From IMG/VR virus record IMGVR_UViG_3300027977_000009: DNA of 64,000 bases; one strand, given 5' to 3'. The stretch comes from a virus. Positions 9,208 through 18,529 of this stretch are shown piece by piece (within the stretch, counting starts at the first letter, position 1; each line of letters opens with the position of its first letter). The notes beneath the pieces were generated by a model that worked only from the letters and a program-made list of their open reading frames with translations, had not been told where the DNA came from and ran no database searches. The translations under genes were made by a program, and so were the position numbers.

Positions 9208-10011
9208 CTATTTATTTTTACTACGATTGATACTATCAATTATATCATTGTCTATATTATCAGGGATGTATGGCTTGATCAATAGTATTTGGTCACCCAT
9301 CGTGCCATCACGAGAGGGCATACCATAACCAGGTACCCTAATAACCTGAGCAGGTTGTGTATTGGGTTTAATTACAACCTCTATTGTTTTTCCATTAATG
9401 GTTTGAATTGGAACTTTAGCGCCCACAATCAAGTCTAGTACAGAGATAGTCAGTTGCGAATATAGATCACTGCCTTTCCGTTCATATCTATGATCAGGAG
9501 TGATGGCGAACTCAACAATTAGTGTTACATTGTTGATGATATTATCATAGCGCATCGTGTCACCGTTGTCAACACCAGGAGGAATTTTTATGTTGATGAC
9601 TTTCACCCCTTGGGGGGTACTAAGCTGTATTATACTCTCGGTTCCAGTATATGCATCAACCAATGATACACCAAGACGAGTGCGCATCACTTGTTGCTGC
9701 TGTGCGAATGGGTTAGGTCTGTTTCCAAAAATCTGTCCGAACAAATTTTCTAGATCAAACGCATTACCATATACTGAGAATTCTTCTCCCCCACTACCGA
9801 ATGGATTATGTTGCTGTCTAGATTGAGGGCTGTCGTATCGTAAACGCTTATCGGTATCACTTAATATTTCGTATGCATTACTGATTTCTTGAAACTTATT
9901 AATGTCGCCGCCGCGATCAGGATGATGCTGCATCGCAAGTTTACGAAATGCACTTTTAATTTCTTCCTGAGTAGCGGTGCGAGATACCCCGAGAGTAGTG
10001 TAATGATCCAT
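9208..10011 (-). CDS. dnaJ: DnaJ/CbpA-like co-chaperone
   Basis: J-domain with HPD, G/F region and C-terminal DnaJ domain; no zinc finger. Confidence 0.9.
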   Translation of the reverse strand: MDHYTTLGVSRTATQEEIKSAFRKLAMQHHPDRGGDINKFQEISNAYEILSDTDKRLRYDSPQSRQQHNPFGSGGEEFSVYGNAFDLENLFGQIFGNRPNPFAQQQQVMRTRLGVSLVDAYTGTESIIQLSTPQGVKVINIKIPPGVDNGDTMRYDNIINNVTLIVEFAITPDHRYERKGSDLYSQLTISVLDLIVGAKVPIQTINGKTIEVVIKPNTQPAQVIRVPGYGMPSRDGTMGDQILLIKPYIPDNIDNDIIDSINRSKNK

Positions 10012-10049
10012 TATTAAATAATAGCAGATTAGCTAATAGATGTCAATAA

Positions 10050-10547
10050 TTACTTTACACTACCTACTTCGGTATTTATGTTAGTTGCACCCTCAATCTT
10101 TTCCTTAGTGCGACCATAAGCAGCGATACCGAGTACGGCGCCCATCGCGATGTGGAATAGACCAGCACCCTGTAGTGAGATTGGTTGCCATGGAGTTGTT
10201 ACGCTACCGTTTGTTGCAGCCTGTAAGATAGACCAAGCAATTGGAAACAGAATGAAGTCGGTAACACAGACTGCCATGTACACCCATCCCATTGCGGGGC
10301 GCCATTTCTTGTTGACCCAATCTTCATTGTCATTCTTAACTAAAACATCTGCGTTTTGGGCAGCATTGTTGCCGGCTTGAGTTAATGCGGCGTTATTCAG
10401 GTTCAACATCTGATTTGCTTGCTCATTGCGTTGCTGTATTAGTCCAAAGAATTCTTTGTCATTTACCATTGAATCATAATGATTATCATTACGAGCAATG
10501 ATATCTAACCCTTCTCCTACTTCTTTATTTGGTAACAAGTTAATCAT
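10050..10547 (-). CDS. Membrane protein, 3TM holin-like
   Basis: KWRPAMGWVY motif, hydrophobic segments, LGIAAYGRTKEK. Confidence 0.6.
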   Translation of the reverse strand: MINLLPNKEVGEGLDIIARNDNHYDSMVNDKEFFGLIQQRNEQANQMLNLNNAALTQAGNNAAQNADVLVKNDNEDWVNKKWRPAMGWVYMAVCVTDFILFPIAWSILQAATNGSVTTPWQPISLQGAGLFHIAMGAVLGIAAYGRTKEKIEGATNINTEVGSVK

Positions 10548-10548
10548 A

Positions 10549-11124
10549 TCACATTCCTGCCATTGCTTTTAGATTTTTAATGTAAGTATCTTCTTCGTAT
10601 GCTAGACGGGTGGATTCTAATCCCGCAAGGTTTCTAACTTCATTCAATTCAGCGGTTTCGGCGGCGGCTTCGGCTTCAGTTTCGGTCCTAGCTGCGTATT
10701 CATTTGGATTCAGAATCATGTTTTGACGGATGATTTCTTCATCAGCATCAAAATCGGCGCCTTCGATCTCAACGGTCCAGTCTCTCATCTTGATTCCAGT
10801 TAGTGGCTCTAACTCAGAAAGTAAACGAATGATTCTGCTTGGAACCTTTGATCTACGTTCGATTTCGACAAATACGAGATATTCACCGGGCTCGATTTCA
10901 CCATCACTAACACTCGCGTCTAGTACGAACTCATAGCCTCTTTCGAACCAAGACACTAGGTCTTCGGCTGCGAGTTTAGACTTAATATTGAAAGTTAACG
11001 TAACAATATTCTTATCTTTACCCATTTTGGCTGCATATTCATCGACGGTTATCTTGGGTTCTATCTGTCCCACCATATCCATATAGTCTAGGCTTTCATT
11101 TAGACGTATCATATTTTGCCTCAA
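10549..11124 (-). CDS. Hypothetical phage protein
   Basis: 191-aa acidic ORF abutting its neighbours. Confidence 0.6.
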   Translation of the reverse strand: MRQNMIRLNESLDYMDMVGQIEPKITVDEYAAKMGKDKNIVTLTFNIKSKLAAEDLVSWFERGYEFVLDASVSDGEIEPGEYLVFVEIERRSKVPSRIIRLLSELEPLTGIKMRDWTVEIEGADFDADEEIIRQNMILNPNEYAARTETEAEAAAETAELNEVRNLAGLESTRLAYEEDTYIKNLKAMAGM

Positions 11125-11724
11125 TTATATCTGCGTCGACTGGAATATAGCAGAAGACTGTGCTTGGTCTGCTTGAGTAGATGGACCACTATTTTCAGAT
11201 TTGCCAGCTGCGGTATCTAAGTCTTCGTTGTAAGCATCTTCGATATCTGATAGATCGATAGTAGTATCAGCGAGATCGATAGTACCTTCTTTAATGTCAT
11301 CCATAAGTTCAAGTGGAACCTGAATCTCAACGAACCAGACCTTACGTTTATTCATCTTTGGATAGCGGGTACCTGGTACAAAATCTTCATAATCTTTTAC
11401 TTCTACGGGAACGTTTATTTCGCTCTTGCCAAAGGTAACTTTACAGCCAATATTAGTAAGTCTCCGTCCACCTCTTGGGTCAGGCATTAACTTGTGAGGC
11501 CACATAAAGATGCACTTAACAGAATATCTACCAAGTACGGGACCTTGAACAAGTTCACCGACAATCCAATTTTTGAACGCGTACACATCAGCTTCATCCA
11601 ACACTCTTTCGAAATCTAATAGAGTACTCATGGAACCGTCGCTCATGTAAACATTCTTGATGGTATCAACAATGCTTACAAAATCAATGTCATTAAAGAA
11701 GGTGTCTGCTGGTAAACTTTTCAT
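11125..11724 (-). CDS. Hypothetical phage protein
   Basis: 199-aa ORF; GATAAATA motif 5 nt before the ATG. Confidence 0.6.
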   Translation of the reverse strand: MKSLPADTFFNDIDFVSIVDTIKNVYMSDGSMSTLLDFERVLDEADVYAFKNWIVGELVQGPVLGRYSVKCIFMWPHKLMPDPRGGRRLTNIGCKVTFGKSEINVPVEVKDYEDFVPGTRYPKMNKRKVWFVEIQVPLELMDDIKEGTIDLADTTIDLSDIEDAYNEDLDTAAGKSENSGPSTQADQAQSSAIFQSTQI

Positions 11725-11901
11725 ACACGTATTTATCTTTTTGGATTATTTACCGTAATTTTGGGTGTTCTTCCTGATATCAGATTATTATTTATCATCT
11801 AAAACTAATTTGCACTTGCTCATAGTTTACTCAGTTGAAGTGTTCTAAGTAACTTTGAGAGAAGAGTTCACCTCTCATGTATCAGTCATTAGGAGACACA
11901 T

Positions 11902-12675
11902 GTGACCAAACGCAAAACTAGCGCATTGAGACAAAAAGATACTAAATCACACAGATATGGAGCCGAAAGTAAACCACTTGACACTAGAGAATCAAAAACC
12001 ATCGACTTTAATCAAACCCTGCCCCGTAGGGCCAAAAAGCCCATCGAATTAATACCTCAGAGTATAAATCAGGAAAAATACATCATCGCATTGACCGACC
12101 CTGAAACCGATATCGTTATGGTCAGTGGTCCTGCGGGAACAGGCAAGACATATCTAGCAATGCTAGCTGCTATAAAAGCCATGAGACAAGGAGATTGCGA
12201 AAAAATACTGTTGACCAGACCTGCTGTTGCGGTTGACGATGAGAAGCACGGGTTCTTGCCCGGCGACTTAAATGACAAGATGGAACCCTGGGTCAGGCCT
12301 TTGTTCGACGTACTAAGAGAGTTCTATACTACAAAGGAACTCGATTATATGGTCGAAGAACAAGTAATTGAAGTTACCCCACTCGCCTTCTGTAGAGGGC
12401 GCAACTTTAAACATTGTTATATTATTTTAGACGAAGGACAGAATGCAACACCCAACCAGATGAAAATGCTAATGACTAGAATTGGTGAGGGCAGTAAGAT
12501 AGTCATTACTGGTGATGTAGAGCAAACTGATCGTAGAACAACCGATAATGGGTTATTAGACTTAAAAAATAGGATTCAGCAACACAATGTCCCGGGCTTC
12601 TCAGCCTGTGAATTTGATACACGAGATATTAGGAGACATAAAATCATTGAACATGTTTTGGAACTGTACTCTTAA
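11902..12675 (+). CDS. phoH: PhoH-like ATPase
   Basis: GPAGTGKT, LTRP, GFLPG, RGRNF, ILDEGQN, TRIGEGSK, GDVEQTD; AGGAG SD with GTG start. Confidence 0.93.
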   Translation: MTKRKTSALRQKDTKSHRYGAESKPLDTRESKTIDFNQTLPRRAKKPIELIPQSINQEKYIIALTDPETDIVMVSGPAGTGKTYLAMLAAIKAMRQGDCEKILLTRPAVAVDDEKHGFLPGDLNDKMEPWVRPLFDVLREFYTTKELDYMVEEQVIEVTPLAFCRGRNFKHCYIILDEGQNATPNQMKMLMTRIGEGSKIVITGDVEQTDRRTTDNGLLDLKNRIQQHNVPGFSACEFDTRDIRRHKIIEHVLELYS

Positions 12676-12700
12676 AGAGCAACTGCCCTATTAAGACAAT

Positions 12701-12729
12701 TAACTAGGAGAGTTAACCTCTCCTAGTTA
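12701..12729. terminator. Hairpin between convergent genes, probable terminator
   Basis: TAACTAGGAGAG/CTCTCCTAGTTA 12-bp stem. Confidence 0.7.
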
Positions 12730-12736
12730 TATGTTT

Positions 12737-13057
12737 TTACTTGCGTCTTGGAGCTGGTCTAGTAGTTTTAGGCTCCAATGTTTTTTTTAGCCGCTCTCTA
12801 TTCTTAGTAATAGGAGCTTCATTTTCCAACTGAACAATCAAGTTAGGATAAATCTTAAGATAGTATTCGCGCATCTTGTCGAAGGTAGTATCATGTTCTT
12901 TACCTTCAATGATACACTTGACAATCTTTTTTTCAGCAAAATCTAGAATAACGTTGTTACTGGCGAGGTCTGAGTCACGTACTCGTTGCGAGATTGATAC
13001 CATCTCATCAATCTGCCCATTTACCTTCCGCAAAAAACTGATTAAAAGGTATCTCAA
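12737..13057 (-). CDS. Hypothetical protein
   Basis: 106-aa ORF overlapping the upstream stop. Confidence 0.55.
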   Translation of the reverse strand: MRYLLISFLRKVNGQIDEMVSISQRVRDSDLASNNVILDFAEKKIVKCIIEGKEHDTTFDKMREYYLKIYPNLIVQLENEAPITKNRERLKKTLEPKTTRPAPRRK

Positions 13058-13365
13058 TAATATTTCTCCACTTCTTCTGGATTATCATAGTTTACATAAC
13101 GATCTGCTTCGTCATTCCAATGTCGATTGTCAACAAATGAGACATAGATGAATCTACGAAGTAACCCGATATCAAATACAAGCCCGGCATGTGACTCTCG
13201 AATAGAATATCTAAGACTTCCGCCGATGAGAAAATTACCCATCCTGCTGATTTGTATCTCTAATGTCTTGTTTTTAGTTATCGGCCAACTCTTATAGAAA
13301 TAATCCTTGCTATATTCAGGATCAAATTTGAACGGCCAATTTATGTATGCTGATAGATAAATCAT
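13054..13365 (-). CDS. Hypothetical protein
   Basis: 103-aa ORF with GGAG SD. Confidence 0.55.
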   Translation of the reverse strand: MIYLSAYINWPFKFDPEYSKDYFYKSWPITKNKTLEIQISRMGNFLIGGSLRYSIRESHAGLVFDIGLLRRFIYVSFVDNRHWNDEADRYVNYDNPEEVEKYY

Positions 13366-13401
13366 TCTTTCTCCATATAACCTGCTATCTTGATCGTTAT
13401 T

Positions 13402-14331
13402 TCAGCTAGAACAAAGCTCTGCTAACGAGGCCGCGACGGATATTTCCGGGATACCCACTAGTGGCAAGTTAGCTAATCCATTACGAATAATGATGATTGC
13501 TGCGTCTTTTTGTTCAGGTGACTTCCCCCACAGATCAAGATTGTCATATAACCAGCGATATGTATCTTCAACCCTAGAAGGATACAATGAGATATATTGC
13601 ATAATTTGTTGACGACCTTCAAGAATCTTACCAGTCTTGAACAGATTAGTGGCGGCGATGAGAATCTCATCTTCACTGTTTCCGATAGACTGGGGTGCCT
13701 TCAATGTACCGGACTTAGAATTGTTCTGCAATTGATTGAGACACTTACGCAAATCTGGATATGCAGCACGAACGTATGTGTCGAGAGTATCTAGCTCAAA
13801 ATCTACGTTCTCAGCAACCAATACTGTTGCTGCACGAGCGGTAAACTCATTCAGATCGGGCTTTGCGAGGTGAAACTTGAAACAACGAGATTCACGCAAT
13901 GCAGGAATGATCTTGTGTTCATAGTTACAAGTCAGAATGAATCTAACTGACGAAGCGTATGCTTCCATATCGTTACGCAACGCAGCTTGGAACGCCGGAG
14001 TCGTATAGTCAGCTTCATCCAGTAACACGACTTTAAACTTGCCGAATGGCATTGTTTGAGCAAAGTTGTTAATCTTATCCTTGACGATATCAACCCCGTT
14101 CTCGCGTGACGCATTGATCTCAAGGACATCATACTCTTCGATCCCCAGTTCGTGAATAAGAACTTTAGCAAGTGTAGTCTTGCCAGTACCTGGATCTCCT
14201 GACAGTAAAAGATGAGGAATAGAGCCTTCTTCTATCCAACTCAATACCTGTTCTCGCTGACGATCATCTACGAACACGTAGTCATCGACTGAGTTCGGGC
14301 GATAGCGTTCAACCCAAAGGATGTTTTTCAT
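13402..14331 (-). CDS. Clamp loader ATPase subunit (RFC/T4 gp44-like)
   Basis: LWVERYRP, GDPGTGKTT, EINAS, LLDEAD, SRC and PDLRK motifs. Confidence 0.9.
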   Translation of the reverse strand: MKNILWVERYRPNSVDDYVFVDDRQREQVLSWIEEGSIPHLLLSGDPGTGKTTLAKVLIHELGIEEYDVLEINASRENGVDIVKDKINNFAQTMPFGKFKVVLLDEADYTTPAFQAALRNDMEAYASSVRFILTCNYEHKIIPALRESRCFKFHLAKPDLNEFTARAATVLVAENVDFELDTLDTYVRAAYPDLRKCLNQLQNNSKSGTLKAPQSIGNSEDEILIAATNLFKTGKILEGRQQIMQYISLYPSRVEDTYRWLYDNLDLWGKSPEQKDAAIIIIRNGLANLPLVGIPEISVAASLAELCSS

Positions 14332-14371
14332 ACTTGGTTTCTTTCGTTGTCATGTGATTTATTATAGTCAA

Positions 14372-14476
14372 TTACGTCGGAAAGTCAATGTCGTTGATTG
14401 TTTTATATGCCCTATAAAAAAGATAGGCGGCGACCACGATTGCACCTAATGTCATAGGAATAATTTTCTTTTTCAT
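14372..14476 (-). CDS. Small membrane peptide (34 aa), leaderless
   Basis: MKKKIIPMTLGAIVVAAYLFYRAYK...; TTGACT-17-TAACAT ends 6 nt before the ATG. Confidence 0.5.
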   Translation of the reverse strand: MKKKIIPMTLGAIVVAAYLFYRAYKTINDIDFPT

Positions 14477-14625
14477 GATTCTATGTTACTTGCTGTATAT
14501 TGAAAAGTCAATAATGATCGTACCCATTATTTGGAAAATGATCAGAGATGCACCGACAATAATAATTGATTGACGAGGTCATCAACCCCTAGGCTTAATT
14601 TTCTCATCTCTGACTTAAAGTTATT

Positions 14626-14991
14626 CTAATACTCTTTGTCTGTCATCGTATAATCGTTGACGTATTCTTCACTTACTAATAAAATGTCATTGGGGTCTAC
14701 CTTACGGATTACTTTCTCGCCTTCGTCGTCTTCGATGGTCTGACCACGACTCCAGCGACCGTGTGCTATCATAATATAATCGCCTACTTTAACATCTTGT
14801 ACGTCTGGGCCAACAGCATATACCTGGGCCCAACGGGGACGGATACCTGCACTTTTCATATCATCATCGAGAAGAATAAGTCCTCCCCTACTGATACGTT
14901 CTCTAAACTCCATGCCGCACACTAAAATAGTGTTTTTGATTGGATGTAGCTTACGTAATTTAGTTCTAGTTATGTTAACTTTTTCAGCCAT
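14626..14991 (-). CDS. groES: GroES-like co-chaperonin
   Basis: LHPIKNTILV, SRGGLIL, VYAVGPDVQDVKVGD, DILLV. Confidence 0.8.
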   Translation of the reverse strand: MAEKVNITRTKLRKLHPIKNTILVCGMEFRERISRGGLILLDDDMKSAGIRPRWAQVYAVGPDVQDVKVGDYIMIAHGRWSRGQTIEDDEGEKVIRKVDPNDILLVSEEYVNDYTMTDKEY

Positions 14992-14993
14992 GT

Positions 14994-15416
14994 TTATTTA
15001 GTTTTCTTTGGTTCCGGGCGAACAAATTCTGGAGCTTCACTTGCTGGCTTCACCACGAAGTTAAGCTTTTCTTCTGCTACTTTGAGTGCTTCGATTTCCA
15101 AATCTTCGTCTAACGTATCCTCAAACTCTAATTCTTCGGGCAGAAGTTCTACTTTGGTTTCTGTGTTGTCAGCGACCTCAGCAGGTAAGTGATCAGGCTT
15201 CACTATGCTATCTGTCTTAGTAGTGACAGTGCGGTGATACCCTTCTACAACTTTTTTGGTTACCGGAACAACAATCCTTCCCTGAGCATCAATAGTATCT
15301 CCTCTGGCATTTACTTTCATGTTGCTTACCGCTCGAACTTGTTCATTCATATTAACAAGCCGACCCATGTCAACTGTTCTGCCTAATGCTGTTCTATGCT
15401 TTGCCATATTATACAA
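14994..15416 (-). CDS. Hypothetical protein
   Basis: 140-aa ORF, likely start MAKHRT; ATAAATA motif upstream. Confidence 0.55.
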   Translation of the reverse strand: MYNMAKHRTALGRTVDMGRLVNMNEQVRAVSNMKVNARGDTIDAQGRIVVPVTKKVVEGYHRTVTTKTDSIVKPDHLPAEVADNTETKVELLPEELEFEDTLDEDLEIEALKVAEEKLNFVVKPASEAPEFVRPEPKKTK

Positions 15417-15452
15417 CTCCTCTATATTATATTTATGTGCGAGAAACTACGA

Positions 15453-15959
15453 TTATTTTAAAAATTCGTTGACATCTAATTGATAAAATAAAGAATTGAT
15501 TTTATGAACCCCGATGAGGAAAAGCACAAAACTTGCTACGCTGGACCCGCGACCCACGCCCCATACTAAGTTATTGGCTCTCATCGTATCTACGAGATAC
15601 TTTAAGTAACGAAGAAGCATAAACATATCTCGTTCTTGATAAAGAAGCAATTCTTCGCCTGCACGTTGTAACTCTGCTTCAGTTGAACACTGATCTAACA
15701 CGAATTTAGCGATATCGAAGTTTTTATAATCATCAGGAATGAACCAATTTAATTGCTTTTCTTGATCAAAGTCAGTGATAGACTGGTCGCTCGTCAGGTA
15801 CTGAATCATTTCAGGGGTGTTTTTCAAGTTTAATCTTGTATCGAAATGTATTGGTTCGGATACGAACACTCGCTTTAGCGTAATATTTGGATCAGTCATG
15901 TACATGTCGAGTAGTTCATGTTCAGAGTAAATAAATTGTCCAAATTTATCTGTAATCAT
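15453..15959 (-). CDS. dnaE: DNA polymerase III alpha (DnaE)-like fragment, N-terminal part of the palm
   Basis: RAGEELLLY...YLVDTMRANNLVWGVGRGSSVASFVLFLIGVHKIN resembles the DnaE GxGRGS..S.V.Y.LGIT region; leaderless start at 15959. Confidence 0.75.
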   Translation of the reverse strand: MITDKFGQFIYSEHELLDMYMTDPNITLKRVFVSEPIHFDTRLNLKNTPEMIQYLTSDQSITDFDQEKQLNWFIPDDYKNFDIAKFVLDQCSTEAELQRAGEELLLYQERDMFMLLRYLKYLVDTMRANNLVWGVGRGSSVASFVLFLIGVHKINSLFYQLDVNEFLK

Positions 15960-15995
15960 ATAGTAATAATACATGATTTACCGCAAATTGTCAAC

Positions 15996-16544
15996 CTATT
16001 TTTTAACTCTTTCCTTCCAAATTAATCCTAGCTCTACCCAAACTTTTTTGGCAAACAGGTTTACTATTTTGTCATTCGCATCTTCATTTTCGCCGACACT
16101 GCCGTCAGCTTGGTTCCACCAAGCCTTCTTACTAAATGCACATTCTGCCACTTCGGAAACAATATTGTATTTTACTCCATCACTCAGGGATGATCCCAAA
16201 ACCATATCAGTAATTTTTATTCGGCCTTCGGTGATCGCATTTAACTTCAGAAGTAAAACCATGGCAAATATCTGGTCATGTGGATCATCTGGAAGTTCGC
16301 ATACTTTTAAATTAGCATTCTTGTACAGTTGAATAGCAGTAGTGTCCTTACAATTTACAATTACTGCATTCTGTATGACATCAGATAAGAAATATGTTAT
16401 CCTATCCATAGCTATATTTTTTTCCCTAGCCGATTCGGTCTCGACTAGTATAGAAAGTACGATTTCATAGCTATTAATGTGGTACTTATTTTCAAAATGT
16501 ATCCCAGTTTGAAAATAAAAGTCTTTTTCAATTCGCGTATTCAC
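15996..16544 (-). CDS. Hypothetical protein
   Basis: 182-aa ORF. Confidence 0.55.
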   Translation of the reverse strand: MNTRIEKDFYFQTGIHFENKYHINSYEIVLSILVETESAREKNIAMDRITYFLSDVIQNAVIVNCKDTTAIQLYKNANLKVCELPDDPHDQIFAMVLLLKLNAITEGRIKITDMVLGSSLSDGVKYNIVSEVAECAFSKKAWWNQADGSVGENEDANDKIVNLFAKKVWVELGLIWKERVKK

Positions 16545-16783
16545 TGTTTATCCGACTGAATGTTGATTTTAGTATCTATCTTTTGTTTAACGAACAACTC
16601 GTCCATTTTTTTAGTGAGTTGAGTACGATAGCTTTCTAGTGCCATTTGTAATTGTTGTATAAGGGCCATGTTACCAGTTCTATGTGCAAAACTTAGTTTT
16701 GTAGTAAGTCCTGATATAGTTTCGTGAAGTTCTTCGGTTGATTTACTAGTTAAATCAGCCTGCTTAATGAATGGATGTTCCAT
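16541..16783 (-). CDS. Hypothetical protein
   Basis: 80-aa helical ORF coupled to its neighbours. Confidence 0.55.
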   Translation of the reverse strand: MEHPFIKQADLTSKSTEELHETISGLTTKLSFAHRTGNMALIQQLQMALESYRTQLTKKMDELFVKQKIDTKINIQSDKQ

Positions 16784-16784
16784 G

Positions 16785-18506
16785 TTACCAAGATGTCAAG
16801 TTAATGCGTTTCCAGATATCATTGCCGCCGGTATAACAAGTTGCAACACAATTTCCGTTCGCAGTGGTCAATAGTACTTCAGGTCCAGCAATCCCATTAA
16901 CTCTAGTACGGCTAACTGTAAGTTTACTATTACCCAAATCGTTAGACTTGACATAATAAACTATATTTCCTTCTAGTCCGCCGAACGTAGAGCCAGTAAA
17001 GATGATAGGTGAGTTTACTTCTAGGTAGGTTGTGTTTTCTAGTGTAATCAGATTAGTAGTTGCAGTCGTATTAGTAGTCTGCCTAGCATACGTAGTTGAG
17101 TTATACTTGTTAGTCGCAACATATAGATATGATCCAGGATTGAGATACATATTGCCCGAAGCATTGGCGAGTACTACCATACTACCGCTTGGTGTAGCAG
17201 AGATAGTTATTGAGTTGGTATCTGCGACTTCTTTAATATAATATGTATTTCCAGGAAGAAGATTTGCTCCACCAAACGTACTACCGGTAAATGTTAATGG
17301 CATGTCTCTATAGAAACCAGCTGTATTAGCAACCGTCAATACATCGATTGCCCCGTTTATAGTCGTAGGTGTCGCCCACTGAGACGTGCTGACTCTCCAT
17401 AAAGAACCCGATCCGGATCCAGCAAGATTCTGTACTACCCAAGTATTTGCAGTGACTCCAGATCCTGAAAGAATCATGCCTTCTTGCACAACTCCGGATG
17501 TTTGCACCCCTACGTAAAGAACAGGGTTATTAGTCACAGCAGCAACATAGATTCCTGTCTTACCGTCGATTGGCCCGGAACTTACAGACTGACTCTGATT
17601 TACTACCCATTTGGAGCCTGAACCTGATCCAGATGTGTATCCGGTGATGTATGTATTAGCTGCCGCGCCTGACAGTATCATGCCTATATTCACATTGCCA
17701 GTAACAAGTGTACCTATAGTAAGTTCAGTACCAACGATAGTACTTCCTGTAGTCGTAAAAACGTTTGCAGTGATAACCGTAGGGACATTAGCAGTTTGAG
17801 TTACCCGTACTTGACTAACTGAGGCACTTACTGCAACATCCCCGTTAACATCTCCTATCAGTCCAGTGGGGGGCGGGTCACGAGTGATGATTTGAGCAGT
17901 CTGAAACGCTCTATTTACTGGGGAAACTGTAATAGTGTTTCCGCAATCTAACGAACTGAATGTGTACTCCATGATACCAACATTAGCAGGAGCAGTAATC
18001 GTAGCGGTGCCGCTAATGTTAGCGTAATTTTCAAGTATAGTTACACCATAATTATTGTTGGACGAAACACATGCACTTGGTAATGAAATAATAGCGGCAG
18101 TGTTAGACACTGTTAGTCTTAATACAACATTACTCTCGGTATTAGTAGGAGCCCAGCCTCCAAATTGAAACGCTACATTTCCAGTTACTGCACCATACTG
18201 TACGTCAGCACGATTCACATCTACTAGTATCGTCCCAGAGAGTGCATTTCCCAGATTGTAAGTTGTTGCCCTGAATCCACGCGTTGAAGCATTACTGATT
18301 AACGTATTTGCCATATCGTTGTTCAAAGTAGTGTTGTTGAGTGCTGCTTTAACTACGACTTTAGACTCTAAATCAGTGAGTTCGGTTGCAGCCGTATTGA
18401 TATTTGTTCTGATGGCAGCAAAATTATCACGGAATGGTTGAGAACTGTTGTTCTGACCCGGTACCGGATAGTTTACGTTGATTCCGTTTGTGTTTATTTG
18501 GCTCAT
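16785..18506 (-). CDS. Virion structural protein (tail/baseplate-associated)
   Basis: 573 aa, T/N/G/S-rich beta repeats, N-terminal YPVPGQNNSSQPFRDNF. Confidence 0.65.
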   Translation of the reverse strand: MSQINTNGINVNYPVPGQNNSSQPFRDNFAAIRTNINTAATELTDLESKVVVKAALNNTTLNNDMANTLISNASTRGFRATTYNLGNALSGTILVDVNRADVQYGAVTGNVAFQFGGWAPTNTESNVVLRLTVSNTAAIISLPSACVSSNNNYGVTILENYANISGTATITAPANVGIMEYTFSSLDCGNTITVSPVNRAFQTAQIITRDPPPTGLIGDVNGDVAVSASVSQVRVTQTANVPTVITANVFTTTGSTIVGTELTIGTLVTGNVNIGMILSGAAANTYITGYTSGSGSGSKWVVNQSQSVSSGPIDGKTGIYVAAVTNNPVLYVGVQTSGVVQEGMILSGSGVTANTWVVQNLAGSGSGSLWRVSTSQWATPTTINGAIDVLTVANTAGFYRDMPLTFTGSTFGGANLLPGNTYYIKEVADTNSITISATPSGSMVVLANASGNMYLNPGSYLYVATNKYNSTTYARQTTNTTATTNLITLENTTYLEVNSPIIFTGSTFGGLEGNIVYYVKSNDLGNSKLTVSRTRVNGIAGPEVLLTTANGNCVATCYTGGNDIWKRINLTSW

Positions 18507-18529
18507 AATTCTCTATTTCCGTCTTCTAT

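Noticed and set aside
11725-11901. tRNA or ncRNA in the longer intergenic gaps (also 14477-14625 and 2611-2730)
   Set aside because: No cloverleaf or T-loop consensus recognised by eye; the gaps are explained by promoters and short hairpins. tRNAscan-SE or Infernal would settle it.
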